DNA of 64,000 bases from a virus (taxonomy: Duplodnaviria > Caudoviricetes), in the IMG/VR virus record IMGVR_UViG_3300047157_000186; one strand, 5' to 3'. Position 1 is the first letter of the stretch; each line of letters opens with the position of its first letter. Position numbers and translations under genes: made by a program. Of this stretch, positions 39,201 to 48,480 are shown piece by piece. The notes under the pieces were generated by a model. It saw only the letters and a list, made by a program, of their open reading frames with translations, searched no databases and had not been told where the DNA came from.

Positions 39201-40939
39201 ACGGAACATCTGGAACTAATGGTTCTTCTGGATCTTCAGGTGAAGATGGTGGTAGAGGAAATGATGGAAGTTCAGGAACTGATGGAACTTCAGGTAAAGA
39301 TGGATCAAGTGGAACTTCAGGATCAAGTGGTTCTTCAGGAACTAATGGATCAAGTGGAACTAATGGTACATCAGGTACAACACCAATAAAAGGTGAAGAT
39401 TATGTAGATGGTGAAAACGGCACATCAGGTAAAGATGGAACTTCAGGTAGAAATGGTGAAAATGGAACATCAGGATCAAGTGGAACTAACGGAACTTCTG
39501 GTACAGATGGTAGTTCAGGTTCGAGTGGAAGCTCAGGAACTAATGGAAGTTCAGGAACTAATGGTACAAGTGGAACTAATGGAACTAGCGGAAGCTCAGG
39601 TTCATCAGGAACTAACGGAACTTCAGGTATAACACCAATAAAAGGTGAAGATTACACTGATGGAACTTCTGGAAAAGATGGAACTTCTGGAACTTCTGGA
39701 ACTAACGGAACTTCTGGTACAGATGGTAGTTCAGGTTCGAGTGGAAGCTCAGGAACTGATGGAAGTTCAGGAACTGATGGAACTTCTGGTTTAGCTGGAA
39801 CTTCAGGTAAAGATGGAACTTCAGGTATAACACCAATAAAAGGTGAAGATTATACTGATGGAACTTCAGGTAAAGATGGAACTTCAGGTACAAATGGTAC
39901 TTCTGGAACAAATGGTACAAGTGGAACTGACGGTTCTTCTGGAACAAATGGTACAAGTGGAACTGACGGAACAAGTGGAACTGACGGAACTTCTGGTACT
40001 AATGGTAGTTCAGGTACAACTCCAATAAAAGATGAAGATTATACTGATGGAACTTCAGGTAAAGATGGAACTTCAGGAACTGATGGAACTTCAGGTAAAG
40101 ATGGAACTTCAGGAACTGATGGATCAAGTGGAACTGACGGGACTTCAGGAACTGATGGAACTTCAGGAACTGATGGAACTTCAGGAACTGATGGAACAAG
40201 TGGAACTGATGGAACTTCAGGTGTAACACCAATAAAAGGTGAAGATTATACTGATGGAACTTCAGGTAAAAACGGAGACCCTGGAACTTCAGGTACAAAT
40301 GGATCAAGTGGAACTGACGGAACTTCAGGAACTGACGGAACTTCAGGAACTGATGGAACAAGTGGAACTGACGGAACTTCAGGAACAAACGGTACATCAG
40401 GTAAAACACCAGTAAAAGGTGAAGATTATACAAATGGAACTTCAGGAACAAACGGAAGCTCAGGTACAAATGGAACTTCAGGAAGAGATGGTAGTGGAAC
40501 TAGTGGAACTTCAGGTAATTCTGGATCGCGTGGAACAGGATCATGTTGGGAACATATAGCTCTTAATCCAGTTGCAAGAGACGTAACAGTCACAAATAAT
40601 GGATTGCAAAAGGCATTCGTAAAGGTGCCATTTACATTTGAAAATGAAGGATATGAATTAAGATGGATAGAATCATCATATGGTACTGTTAATAACACAG
40701 CTAACGTAGTATATACTTTAAACGGTGTAAGTAGCAACGGTGCAGTAAGTAGCATTGCAACATGGACACATAGTGCTAATAATAAATTTGCAATTTCACC
40801 GGTAATGGAAAAAGTAAATACTGACTCTAAATATTTATATGTTACAGCTTCAAATCAAGACTTTTCAGCAAAAGGATTTACTGTAACCTTAGAGTTTGTG
40901 AACAATGATAGTGACTGTTATGATTACACAGATATGTAA
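36206..40939 (+). CDS. 1577-aa collagen-like fibre: domain Y plus GTS/GxD triplets with 12 TPIKGEDY-type interruptions
   Basis: Gly every third residue over long tracts; a duplicated TV(D/E)..LSY.GGEY domain; GAGATATATA upstream. Confidence 0.85.
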   Translation: MALPQGIQRVNFLSHSAPSEGLIHSIAQKGGYQEMITVGERNSIPLFENGVSTYTGFTISDDIWSSGRRRVGMMIHVVEDKKIFNLIPVGFFGNGGDLGEADWLALPEWERALRIDPAGTYCAAGATPANGFTAEQKTAADIGISNDPNGCWVELSLSGESGADGTSGVDGADGAQGVNGNDGTSGVDGSSVNFMTTSTDIHSNNANGTLTVDPGLSYIGGEYISITQPLDMTNVQIAIVTAYSNTQLTFSHVSNNGNLLNSNGPWIINLSSVPGQTGADGTSGVDGNDGTSGSNGTSGINGLAGTSGNDGVNGTSGVDGTSGKDGSNGEDGEDGVNGTSGINGTSGIDGTSGIDGVSGTSGIDGTSGIDGTSGINGTSGVDGNAGTSGVDGTSGTDGDSIEFATSFNGPHSLGEDRNPGNQDLGSVTVDTGLSYQGGEYVIVSLDASPDDFDIVQVTSYDSSTGVMMWNNVYQSTESSFSSNWNINLTGIPGIKGDDGATGADGVDGRGISSITIDDDGNMIIVYTNGDGATLPNVGGEDGTSGVDGTSGADGTSGVDGTSGIKGEDGTSGINGIDGTSGVTPIKGEDYTDGTSGKDGADGTSGVDGNNGTSGADGTSGVDGTSGIKGEDGTSGVDGPRGGVGPGVNFKGEVETEANLPEEGNQQGDAYIVQADDSFWMWNGTNWINGGSIQGASGTSGKDGTSGVDGNDGTSGVDGTSGKDGEDGTSGRDGADGTSGADGADGDHGTSGISGTSGTTPIKGEDYVDGTSGKDGEDGTSGVSGTSGVDGTSGVDGTSGRDGTSGINGTSGATPIKGEDYNDGTSGINGTSGVTPIKGEDYVDGTSGKDGEDGTSGRDGTSGINGTSGINGTSGINGVNGTSGVNGTSGINGTSGISGTSGVTPIKGEDYTDGTSGKDGENGTSGRDGTSGSSGVTGNPGTSGVSGTSGVSGSSGSSGTDGSSGSSGRNGTSGITPIKGEDYVDGTSGKDGEDGTSGIDGTSGTNGSSGSSGEDGGRGNDGSSGTDGTSGKDGSSGTSGSSGSSGTNGSSGTNGTSGTTPIKGEDYVDGENGTSGKDGTSGRNGENGTSGSSGTNGTSGTDGSSGSSGSSGTNGSSGTNGTSGTNGTSGSSGSSGTNGTSGITPIKGEDYTDGTSGKDGTSGTSGTNGTSGTDGSSGSSGSSGTDGSSGTDGTSGLAGTSGKDGTSGITPIKGEDYTDGTSGKDGTSGTNGTSGTNGTSGTDGSSGTNGTSGTDGTSGTDGTSGTNGSSGTTPIKDEDYTDGTSGKDGTSGTDGTSGKDGTSGTDGSSGTDGTSGTDGTSGTDGTSGTDGTSGTDGTSGVTPIKGEDYTDGTSGKNGDPGTSGTNGSSGTDGTSGTDGTSGTDGTSGTDGTSGTNGTSGKTPVKGEDYTNGTSGTNGSSGTNGTSGRDGSGTSGTSGNSGSRGTGSCWEHIALNPVARDVTVTNNGLQKAFVKVPFTFENEGYELRWIESSYGTVNNTANVVYTLNGVSSNGAVSSIATWTHSANNKFAISPVMEKVNTDSKYLYVTASNQDFSAKGFTVTLEFVNNDSDCYDYTDM

Positions 40940-40962
40940 TAAAAATAGAATATATAATTAAC

Positions 40963-41280
40963 ATGGTAAAATTATTTGAAGATTTTTTAAATGAGAAGAA
41001 TTTACAAGTCCAAGTTAGAGATCACGTTATTAGATATAGGTTAACATATCAATATGGTAAAGGTGGATTTATAACAATGGCAAGTAATAGCAAAGAATTA
41101 GATAAACAAATAGAGATTGACAATCCAATGGAAATAGGCAAGGCTATTGAAAATTCTATTAATGCGGAGCTTAAAAAACTTAGACAATTATTTACTGTAG
41201 AAGAAGATCATGGTTATCAAGGAGCTGGATATGCTTTTTATATTGTATTTGATGATCTATTAAAATTATTAAATAAGTAA
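40963..41280 (+). CDS. CTS-motif protein
   Basis: MVKLFEDFLNE; GAATATATA at 40948. Confidence 0.75.
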   Translation: MVKLFEDFLNEKNLQVQVRDHVIRYRLTYQYGKGGFITMASNSKELDKQIEIDNPMEIGKAIENSINAELKKLRQLFTVEEDHGYQGAGYAFYIVFDDLLKLLNK

Positions 41281-41283
41281 ATT

Positions 41284-42825
41284 ATGATAACAGTATTTGG
41301 CGATTTTGAACCAACACCAACACCAACTGCGACATCAATTCCAACAGGTAATTGTCAGCATTCATGGTTTTCAATAGAAGTAGATCAAAATAAGTACGGC
41401 ATACGTTACAAATCAATAGAAACTGGAAATTATGTAACAACACGCCTTACTATGGCAATAAGTACTGCAAATGTATGGCGCTTTGGACAGGAAGGTTATG
41501 TTGTTTCTGTATGTTCACAAGAAGTAGTAAATGTATATGATTTTAATAATAACGCAATCGTCAGTGGTATTGATGGTTTTGAAAGATTAGCTTCAGGTGG
41601 TTCATGTTCTAATGATGGTCCATGTTCTTATGATGCTCCTAACCCAACTGCAACACCAGTACCAACTGCAACACCAGTTCCAACACCCTCACCTACTCAA
41701 ACACCAGATTGTCTATATTATACTTTAGTACCTAGTTCTGGTGAAACAACTGCAACTTATGCTTGGATAGCATGTGGAGGAGGAACTCAATTTAGTACTT
41801 GGACAGGTTTATCTGGAGATCAAAGAATTGTTTGTGCTAAATATGGTACAGTAAGAAAAACTAGTGGAAGCGGATCGATATTTGTTGGTAGTGAATGTGA
41901 ATTACCACCACCTTCTCCAACACCAACTGCAACACCAGTTCCAACATCGAGACCAACTGCAACACCATATCCAACTGCAACACCTAATCCAACTGCTGCA
42001 CCACCTACAGCAACACCTATACCATTTCCAACTGCAACACCAGTTCCAACACCAAACAAAGACTCAGGTGGAGGTTCAGGACCTGTAGAACCAACACCGT
42101 TGCCAACGCCGGTTCCACCAACTGCAACACCATCATATTATGTATATGAATTGAGTTCATGTAATTCTGAACAATCAAATGTTAAAGCTAGATCTAATAC
42201 TCAACTAGTAATAGGAGGCAAATATGAACTTACTGGTTCTAGTTACCAAAGTGGATCACCATGGACTATTTTAAGAACAAGAACTGGTTTTTACGAAACA
42301 TGGATTGGCAATGTAACGAGAGATGCATGTGACAGTGGAGGTGAATGTTTATTAGAAGGAACACAAATTAAATTACCTAATGGAACGTCTACACAAATAG
42401 AAACATTAAAAATAGGTGATACTTTAGCTTCTAATAACATAGGTAATATGCCAAATACTGATAATGTACTTGAATTATTAACATGGGAAGAAACTGATCC
42501 ATCAGTTTCAAGTACAACTACAACTATTGTAGGTATAGAATTAAATACTGTTACTAGAGTTTTAAACTTTAATCAAGGATTATTAACATCAACAGTAGCA
42601 CATTTACATATTATTAAAAGAGATAATTTATGGATGGTTACCCAAGCAATAAATATCAAAGAAGGTGATATCTTTATAGATGATAGTGGTACAGAACATA
42701 TTATCAATTCAATCGAAGATATGTCTGGAACTTTCAATACTTATAAAATAGATGTTGAAGAGAATGATACATATATCGCTAATAATATTATTACACATAA
42801 TAGGAAATTACAGGATCCAGTCTAA
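41284..42825 (+). CDS. Pro-Thr-rich, Cys-rich protein with a C-terminal Hint domain
   Basis: GGE-CLLEGTQI at 42346; H in block B (TVAH); ends YIANNIITHN-RKLQDPV. Confidence 0.85.
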   Translation: MITVFGDFEPTPTPTATSIPTGNCQHSWFSIEVDQNKYGIRYKSIETGNYVTTRLTMAISTANVWRFGQEGYVVSVCSQEVVNVYDFNNNAIVSGIDGFERLASGGSCSNDGPCSYDAPNPTATPVPTATPVPTPSPTQTPDCLYYTLVPSSGETTATYAWIACGGGTQFSTWTGLSGDQRIVCAKYGTVRKTSGSGSIFVGSECELPPPSPTPTATPVPTSRPTATPYPTATPNPTAAPPTATPIPFPTATPVPTPNKDSGGGSGPVEPTPLPTPVPPTATPSYYVYELSSCNSEQSNVKARSNTQLVIGGKYELTGSSYQSGSPWTILRTRTGFYETWIGNVTRDACDSGGECLLEGTQIKLPNGTSTQIETLKIGDTLASNNIGNMPNTDNVLELLTWEETDPSVSSTTTTIVGIELNTVTRVLNFNQGLLTSTVAHLHIIKRDNLWMVTQAINIKEGDIFIDDSGTEHIINSIEDMSGTFNTYKIDVEENDTYIANNIITHNRKLQDPV

Positions 42826-42840
42826 TCTCATTGGACATGT

Positions 42841-42866
42841 AAACAAAACGTTGATATATAATATAA
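42841..42866 (+). promoter_or_regulatory. Overlapping AAAC-N17-TATAA and GATATATA motifs
   Basis: Upstream of the glycosyltransferase cluster. Confidence 0.5.
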
Positions 42867-42889
42867 CTACTAATTAACGTTATAATTAC

Positions 42890-44137
42890 ATGGAAGAAAC
42901 CATTTTTATTCAGATAGCTAGCTATAGAGATCCTGAATTATTAAATACTCTAAAAGATTGTATAGAAAATGCTGAACATCCTGATCGACTTAGATTTGGA
43001 ATATGTTGGCAACATTCACCAGAAGATGAATGGGATACAATGGATCTATATAAAGATGATGATAGATTTAGAATTTTAGATGTAAATTACAAAGACTCTA
43101 CTGGAGCATGTTGGGCTAGAAATAGCATACAACAATTATATAAAGGAGAAACATACACCTTTCAATTAGATTCACATCATCGATTTATTAAAAACTGGGA
43201 TACAGTATTAATTACTATGTTGAAAGACTTACAAGCTAAGGGTCATGAAAAACCATTACTTACAAGTTATATTTCCTCATATCAACCTGATAATGATCCT
43301 GAAGGCAGACAAAAGCAACCATGGTTAATGAATTTTGATAGATTTACACCAGAAGGTGTTATATTCTTTTTGCCTGCTAGTATACCTAATTGGCAAAATC
43401 TAAAAGAACCAGTATCCTCTAGATTTTACTCTGCTCATTTTGCATTTACTTTAGGTAAGTTTGCAGTTGAGGTTCAACACGATCCTGAATTCTACTTTCA
43501 TGGTGAAGAGATAACTATTGCTATTAGAGCATTTACGCATGGATATGATTTATTTCACCCACATAGAATAATTGCTTGGCATGAATATACTCGTAAAGGT
43601 AGAACTAAACAATGGGACGATGATCCAGAATGGCATAAAAGAAATCATAGAACTCATGAGAAAACTCGCAAATTATTAGGTATCGATGGAGAATCCTTTG
43701 ATTCAGAAGAGGAAACATTTAATAAATATGGTTTAGGAAGAGTTAGAACTATTGCAGATTGGGAAAAACACTCTGGTATTAGATTAAAAGATAGACGAGT
43801 ACAACAACATACATTAGATAATTTACTATCACCTAATCCAATACCATTAGATTACGACAATAGTTTTCTACCAAAGTTTAAAACATTTATAGATATACCA
43901 AAATCCAAATTAACAGAAAAAGATTATGAATTCGTCGCTGTTATATGTGAAAAGGAAGATGGAACATCTGTATATAGAAATGATTTAAATGCTGGTGAAA
44001 TTAAAAGTAAACTTGATTCTGGAGATGAATGGGTCAATGTTATTGTAGATTATCAAGGTGAAAAACCATATAAATGGGTATTTTGGCCATATAGTACAGC
44101 TAAAGGTTGGTGTGAAAAAATAGAAAGAGTTATATAA
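42890..44137 (+). CDS. GT60-like (GlcNAc family) polypeptide/Hyp alpha-GlcNAc transferase
   Basis: IFIQIASYRD.E, GACWAR, QLDSHHRF..NWD, F.GEE, RAFTHGYDLFHP. Confidence 0.8.
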   Translation: MEETIFIQIASYRDPELLNTLKDCIENAEHPDRLRFGICWQHSPEDEWDTMDLYKDDDRFRILDVNYKDSTGACWARNSIQQLYKGETYTFQLDSHHRFIKNWDTVLITMLKDLQAKGHEKPLLTSYISSYQPDNDPEGRQKQPWLMNFDRFTPEGVIFFLPASIPNWQNLKEPVSSRFYSAHFAFTLGKFAVEVQHDPEFYFHGEEITIAIRAFTHGYDLFHPHRIIAWHEYTRKGRTKQWDDDPEWHKRNHRTHEKTRKLLGIDGESFDSEEETFNKYGLGRVRTIADWEKHSGIRLKDRRVQQHTLDNLLSPNPIPLDYDNSFLPKFKTFIDIPKSKLTEKDYEFVAVICEKEDGTSVYRNDLNAGEIKSKLDSGDEWVNVIVDYQGEKPYKWVFWPYSTAKGWCEKIERVI

Positions 44138-44955
44138 TGAGGAAGGCACTTACTGGTGTTAGTAACAATGTTGCTAAAAATATCGATAAAATAAAAGTTT
44201 GGGCTCATAGTTTTGAAGAACAAACTGATGGAGATGCGGTCCTTATAGCGGCAGATATGTCTGAAGATGACAAAGTGTCATTAGAAACTAATAATATTAA
44301 GTATTTTGAGGTAAAAACTGATCAAAACTTAACAATTAATGATAGTAGGCTAAATCATACAGCAAATTGGATAGAAAATAGTGATTATGATGTTTTTATG
44401 GTCACTGATGTTTTTGATGTTTGCTTTCAAGGTGATCCATTTGAATTAATGGATTTTAATTCTTATGATTTCTTTGCAGCATCTGAAGGTATATTCCACA
44501 GAGAAGAGCCATGGAACATGGATGTTATGACTAAGGCATTTCCAGAAGAACATGACTTTATAAAACCATTTGAAGTTGTATGTAGTGGAGTAATGGGAGG
44601 TAAAAAAGATTCTCTAGTAAAAACACTAAGAATGCAACAAAAATTAGTTGATGGAGCATTACATGGTCATGATATTAGAGATCAAGCTGCATTTAATATT
44701 TTAATTTACAAGAATCAAATAGAAAAATGTAAGATTTTTAAACCAAATGATGGTTGGGTAATACATTGTTCATTATCAGGTCCAACATTTCAACACATAG
44801 AATGGGGATTAGGTAAATTAATTGAAAGTAGATATGGATTGCCTGTTCTTAAAGGTAATCATTTAGTAGATTCTAATGATAGATTATACAAAATAGCTCA
44901 CCAATATAATAGAATTCCTGAATGGGATGTAAAAATTATAGAAAAATATGTCTAA
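44137..44955 (+). CDS. GT-A fold glycosyltransferase-like protein
   Basis: VTDVFDVCFQGDPF; DQAAFN; HQYNR. Confidence 0.7.
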   Translation: MRKALTGVSNNVAKNIDKIKVWAHSFEEQTDGDAVLIAADMSEDDKVSLETNNIKYFEVKTDQNLTINDSRLNHTANWIENSDYDVFMVTDVFDVCFQGDPFELMDFNSYDFFAASEGIFHREEPWNMDVMTKAFPEEHDFIKPFEVVCSGVMGGKKDSLVKTLRMQQKLVDGALHGHDIRDQAAFNILIYKNQIEKCKIFKPNDGWVIHCSLSGPTFQHIEWGLGKLIESRYGLPVLKGNHLVDSNDRLYKIAHQYNRIPEWDVKIIEKYV

Positions 44956-45673
44956 AAAGATAGTTTGTACATGTGATAACACTTTTAGGTCTTATGATTC
45001 TTATTGGAAAACAGTAGATTTTGACTTTGAATATTTGTCTGATAGATATCCTATTGGAATTGAATATGATGAGCAAAAAGTAAGAGATATTTTTAATTTT
45101 AAAGGTGATGTTAGTAAAAAACACTTTTGGAACTCACAAGGAAATAAAAATATTATTTGGTTTTATGCACATTTCAGAATGGCTTACTATTTTATACTCA
45201 ATCCAAATGAAGAATGGTATTGGTTTATGGATGATGACGTAATTTGTGATAATTGGTCAGAATTCTTTAAGGCATTTGAAAATAACGATGCAGATTTTAT
45301 TTCTTATTATGTTTTTAAGAATAAAGGTGTTAAAAACCAATCAAATATACCTGAAATAGACGATAATACACATAGTAACATCGCATGGTTTGATAGATTT
45401 CCTGGAGATGGCGATCATATTGATAAAAAAGATGAATTATTTGGATCATTCTTTCCAATAGTTAGATTTTCAAATAAAAGTCTAAGACATTTAACTAATT
45501 TATTGATAAATAAAGAGCATGGTTATTCAGAAGGATTTGTGCCTACTATATTGAATAGAGATGGATTTAAATTAGACACTATTTTTAATAATCAAAGTAA
45601 ATCAGATCATTTCGATATAAATAAGATAAATATTAAACATAAGAATATTCAAGTAAATTGGTCTTGGATTTAA
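44948..45673 (+). CDS. GT-A fold glycosyltransferase-like protein
   Basis: WYWFMDDDV; FFPIVRFS; SEGFVPT. Confidence 0.65.
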   Translation: MSKKIVCTCDNTFRSYDSYWKTVDFDFEYLSDRYPIGIEYDEQKVRDIFNFKGDVSKKHFWNSQGNKNIIWFYAHFRMAYYFILNPNEEWYWFMDDDVICDNWSEFFKAFENNDADFISYYVFKNKGVKNQSNIPEIDDNTHSNIAWFDRFPGDGDHIDKKDELFGSFFPIVRFSNKSLRHLTNLLINKEHGYSEGFVPTILNRDGFKLDTIFNNQSKSDHFDINKINIKHKNIQVNWSWI

Positions 45674-45684
45674 ACAATTATAAA

Positions 45685-46452
45685 ATGAAACCACTAATAA
45701 TTACAGCATTATATGATATTGGTCGTTCCGAATGGAAGGATTATTCAATGTCATATCATACATATTTAACATGGATGGCAAACACATTGAAGTTAAAATG
45801 TGAGATGGTAATTTTTACACAACCTAAATTTGAAGAACGTGTTAGAGAAATGAGATCTCTTGTGGATCCTGATAACAAAATAACTAAATATGTTATAAAT
45901 GAAATAGAAGATTTAGAAGCATATAAAAAATGGAATGAGCCATTAACAGAATTAATGATCAGTGAATCATTTAAAGAGAAAAGACACTGGGATCATGTTC
46001 CTGAAATGAACTATCCATTATACAATATCATAATGTTCAATAAAGTGTTCTTTTTAAAGGAAGCTTTGAATTTATGTCCAGATGCTACACATTTATTATG
46101 GTTAGATGCAGGTGGTATAAGAGAAGATGTAGATGTCAATGATAATTGGCCAAATATTGAAAGATTAGAAGACAAAATAATTAAGTTTAGTCATAATGTA
46201 CCCTTTGAAGTTCCTGATCCTCAGTGGCATAGTTTTTCACAAGTTAGGAATATACAAGGTACTGCATTTGTGTGCCCATCTAAAACAATAGATTGGTATA
46301 TAAGTGAGATTGAAAAAACAGTAGCATTATGCTTAGAAGACGGATTTATGGGTAGTGATGAAAAAATATTTGATTTAACCTACGTAAAAAATCCAAACAA
46401 ATTCACCTTGATTAAACAAGGATGGAGGGAATATTACGAGTGGTTGTCATAA
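45685..46452 (+). CDS. WlaTC/HtrL-family glycosyltransferase
   Basis: ITALYDIGR; YNIIMFNKVFFL; LWLDAG; GSDE. Confidence 0.75.
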   Translation: MKPLIITALYDIGRSEWKDYSMSYHTYLTWMANTLKLKCEMVIFTQPKFEERVREMRSLVDPDNKITKYVINEIEDLEAYKKWNEPLTELMISESFKEKRHWDHVPEMNYPLYNIIMFNKVFFLKEALNLCPDATHLLWLDAGGIREDVDVNDNWPNIERLEDKIIKFSHNVPFEVPDPQWHSFSQVRNIQGTAFVCPSKTIDWYISEIEKTVALCLEDGFMGSDEKIFDLTYVKNPNKFTLIKQGWREYYEWLS

Positions 46453-46453
46453 T

Positions 46454-47338
46454 ATGTATACATTAGTAACTGGAGGTGCAGGGTTTGTAGGAACACATTT
46501 AATTAAAAGTATTTTAAATAATACACCACATGCAAAAATCGTTTCATTAGACGATTATTCTACTGGTCAAAAATCAAATCATATAGAAGGAGTACAGTAT
46601 GTTGAAGGACAAACTCAATGTGCTATGCGTACATTATCAAGATTTAAATTTGATGTTATCTACCATTTTGGAGAGTATTCTCGAGTATACCAATCATATG
46701 AAGATTTCGACAAAGTACAGTCATCATGTATGGAAGGTACAAGCCAAATAATAAGATTGGCAATTAAAAACAAGGCAGTATTAATATACTCAGCATCATC
46801 ATCTCACTTAGGACAAAAAGATCATGATCTCTCACCATATAGTTGGCTTAAGAAACAAAATGTACAACTGATCAAAAAACACCAAACTTGGAATGATCTA
46901 AAAACACACATATTTTATTTCTTTAATGCATATGGACCAGGACAAATAACTGATGGACCATACGCAACAGTTTTAGGTATATGGGAAAGACAAATCAAGA
47001 ATGAAGAAGCAATTACAGTTGTAGAACCAGGAACTCAAGCAAGAATATTTACAAGAGTAGAAGCCATTGCATTAGCATGCGCTCGCCACGAATTACTACC
47101 AATTAATCTGGAATGGGCACTATATTCAGAAGATAAAACAACACTATTAAAAGTGGTTCAAAAACTAAAAAGGAAAACAAAGTGGGTAGAAGCCAGAGAT
47201 GGTGATAGATTAAGAGTACCAAGAATTAGAATACCTCAACCTCCACATTGGGAACATCCATATAGATTAGAAGATTGGGTTGGAGATCTTAGAAGATGGA
47301 CAAAACCCACAACACCAGAAGATTACAATATCCAGTAA
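46454..47338 (+). CDS. NAD-dependent epimerase/dehydratase
   Basis: VTGGAGFVG; SPYSWLK; FFNAYGPGQ; GTQARIFT. Confidence 0.85.
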   Translation: MYTLVTGGAGFVGTHLIKSILNNTPHAKIVSLDDYSTGQKSNHIEGVQYVEGQTQCAMRTLSRFKFDVIYHFGEYSRVYQSYEDFDKVQSSCMEGTSQIIRLAIKNKAVLIYSASSSHLGQKDHDLSPYSWLKKQNVQLIKKHQTWNDLKTHIFYFFNAYGPGQITDGPYATVLGIWERQIKNEEAITVVEPGTQARIFTRVEAIALACARHELLPINLEWALYSEDKTTLLKVVQKLKRKTKWVEARDGDRLRVPRIRIPQPPHWEHPYRLEDWVGDLRRWTKPTTPEDYNIQ

Positions 47339-47339
47339 G

Positions 47340-47477
47340 ATGTTACTAATTAAGATGATTGCAATCATGGTTTTAGGATACCTAATTATGAATAGAATCT
47401 TAAAACGAATGGATGATGGGGTCTGGTGGGATTGGCGCTCAGAATTCTGGAAAAAGCATAAGAAAAGACCTAAATAA
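47340..47477 (+). CDS. Small membrane peptide
   Basis: TM helix plus a Trp/Lys-rich tail; ATG at 47340. Confidence 0.55.
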   Translation: MLLIKMIAIMVLGYLIMNRILKRMDDGVWWDWRSEFWKKHKKRPK

Positions 47478-47498
47478 AATAACATCTATATATAAAAT

Positions 47499-47954
47499 AT
47501 GGAGCACTTGATTAGAGTAATAACAGTTTGTATTGGCATATGGTTTAGTCAACCAAACCAGTCTCTTGAACCTCAACCTTTCACGCTCCACCCAACACAT
47601 ATTCAATACATACAAGACAGTATACAAAGACCAATTCCAAGGAGACAGGTTAAGATCTTATTTCATTTTGGATTCTCACACCCAAATCTAAAAGGACTCA
47701 CATATCAAGTAGATCAAGACAGGTATATAATTCACCTAAATAGATTCCATAAACGAGACTGGTGGAAGGTTACCCATCATGAATTGGTCCATGTAAAACA
47801 GTTGGTTAGTCAACATCTACAAACGCACGCAACCCACTGGCAATGGCATCAAACTCAATACTCTTTTGAAACACCATATCATAAAAGACCATGGGAACTG
47901 GAAGCATTTAAACAAGCCAATCAAATTGAAACTCGCACGCTCCATGGACAATAA
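47499..47954 (+). CDS. Putative zincin metallopeptidase
   Basis: HELVHVKQ...YHKRPWELEA. Confidence 0.7.
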   Translation: MEHLIRVITVCIGIWFSQPNQSLEPQPFTLHPTHIQYIQDSIQRPIPRRQVKILFHFGFSHPNLKGLTYQVDQDRYIIHLNRFHKRDWWKVTHHELVHVKQLVSQHLQTHATHWQWHQTQYSFETPYHKRPWELEAFKQANQIETRTLHGQ

Positions 47955-48036
47955 CTTCTACCCAATAATAATATCCTAGTAATGATAGTAATACACCTAT
48001 ATAAGGACTATAAAGATAACAAATCAAACCTATAAT

Positions 48037-48123
48037 ATGGAACCAGTATACCTCATCATCCCTACAGTCATATACCTATACATCTCTATAAGGGCAAGAC
48101 AGAAATCAAGACACAATTGGTAA
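48037..48123 (+). CDS. 28-aa single-TM peptide (not in the ORF track)
   Basis: MEPVYLIIPTVIYLYISIRARQKSRHNW*. Confidence 0.45.
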   Translation: MEPVYLIIPTVIYLYISIRARQKSRHNW

Positions 48124-48160
48124 ACCACCAATCCAACGCTCCAAGGGCATCCGACCCTCA

Positions 48161-48200
48161 AGGGTGGTAGAAAGTGGTAAAAAGTGGTAAAAAGTGGTAA
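48161..48200. repeat. Tandem decamer AAAGTGGTAA (three perfect copies, one degenerate)
   Basis: Read directly from the sequence. Confidence 0.9.
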
Positions 48201-48480
48201 ACTTTATCAATCCCATACTCTAAAGCCAACCCAGAGCCCAGTCAGTCCCCAGGGGATCAGATATATACTGGTTATTAGATCGTTCATTGAGTATGAGGAG
48301 CTCCCAGAGATGAGTTAAACGTGGGGCGCGAACATACACACACCACATGACTCCGAATTACCCCTAAGCATCCCAGAACACCAGACTAGTCAGGTCTGGC
48401 GTTGGGTGGAGGTATACTAAGTCTCCAATGTATAATTAAAAGACCCGGACTTCAGATACCCGCCGGGCAGGGTTTAGGTT

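Noticed and set aside
28138-42088. Alternative-frame and antisense ORFs with striking repeats (e.g. WNWRCS at 33436-33774; Gln-rich and FLKFH-rich ORFs)
   Set aside because: They are shadows of the PTATP and GTS codon repeats on the coding frame, with no independent starts or promoters.
42346-42801. Mobile splicing intein
   Set aside because: The +1 residue is Arg, the C-extein is only 7 aa, and there is no endonuclease. Kept as a Hint autoprocessing domain instead.
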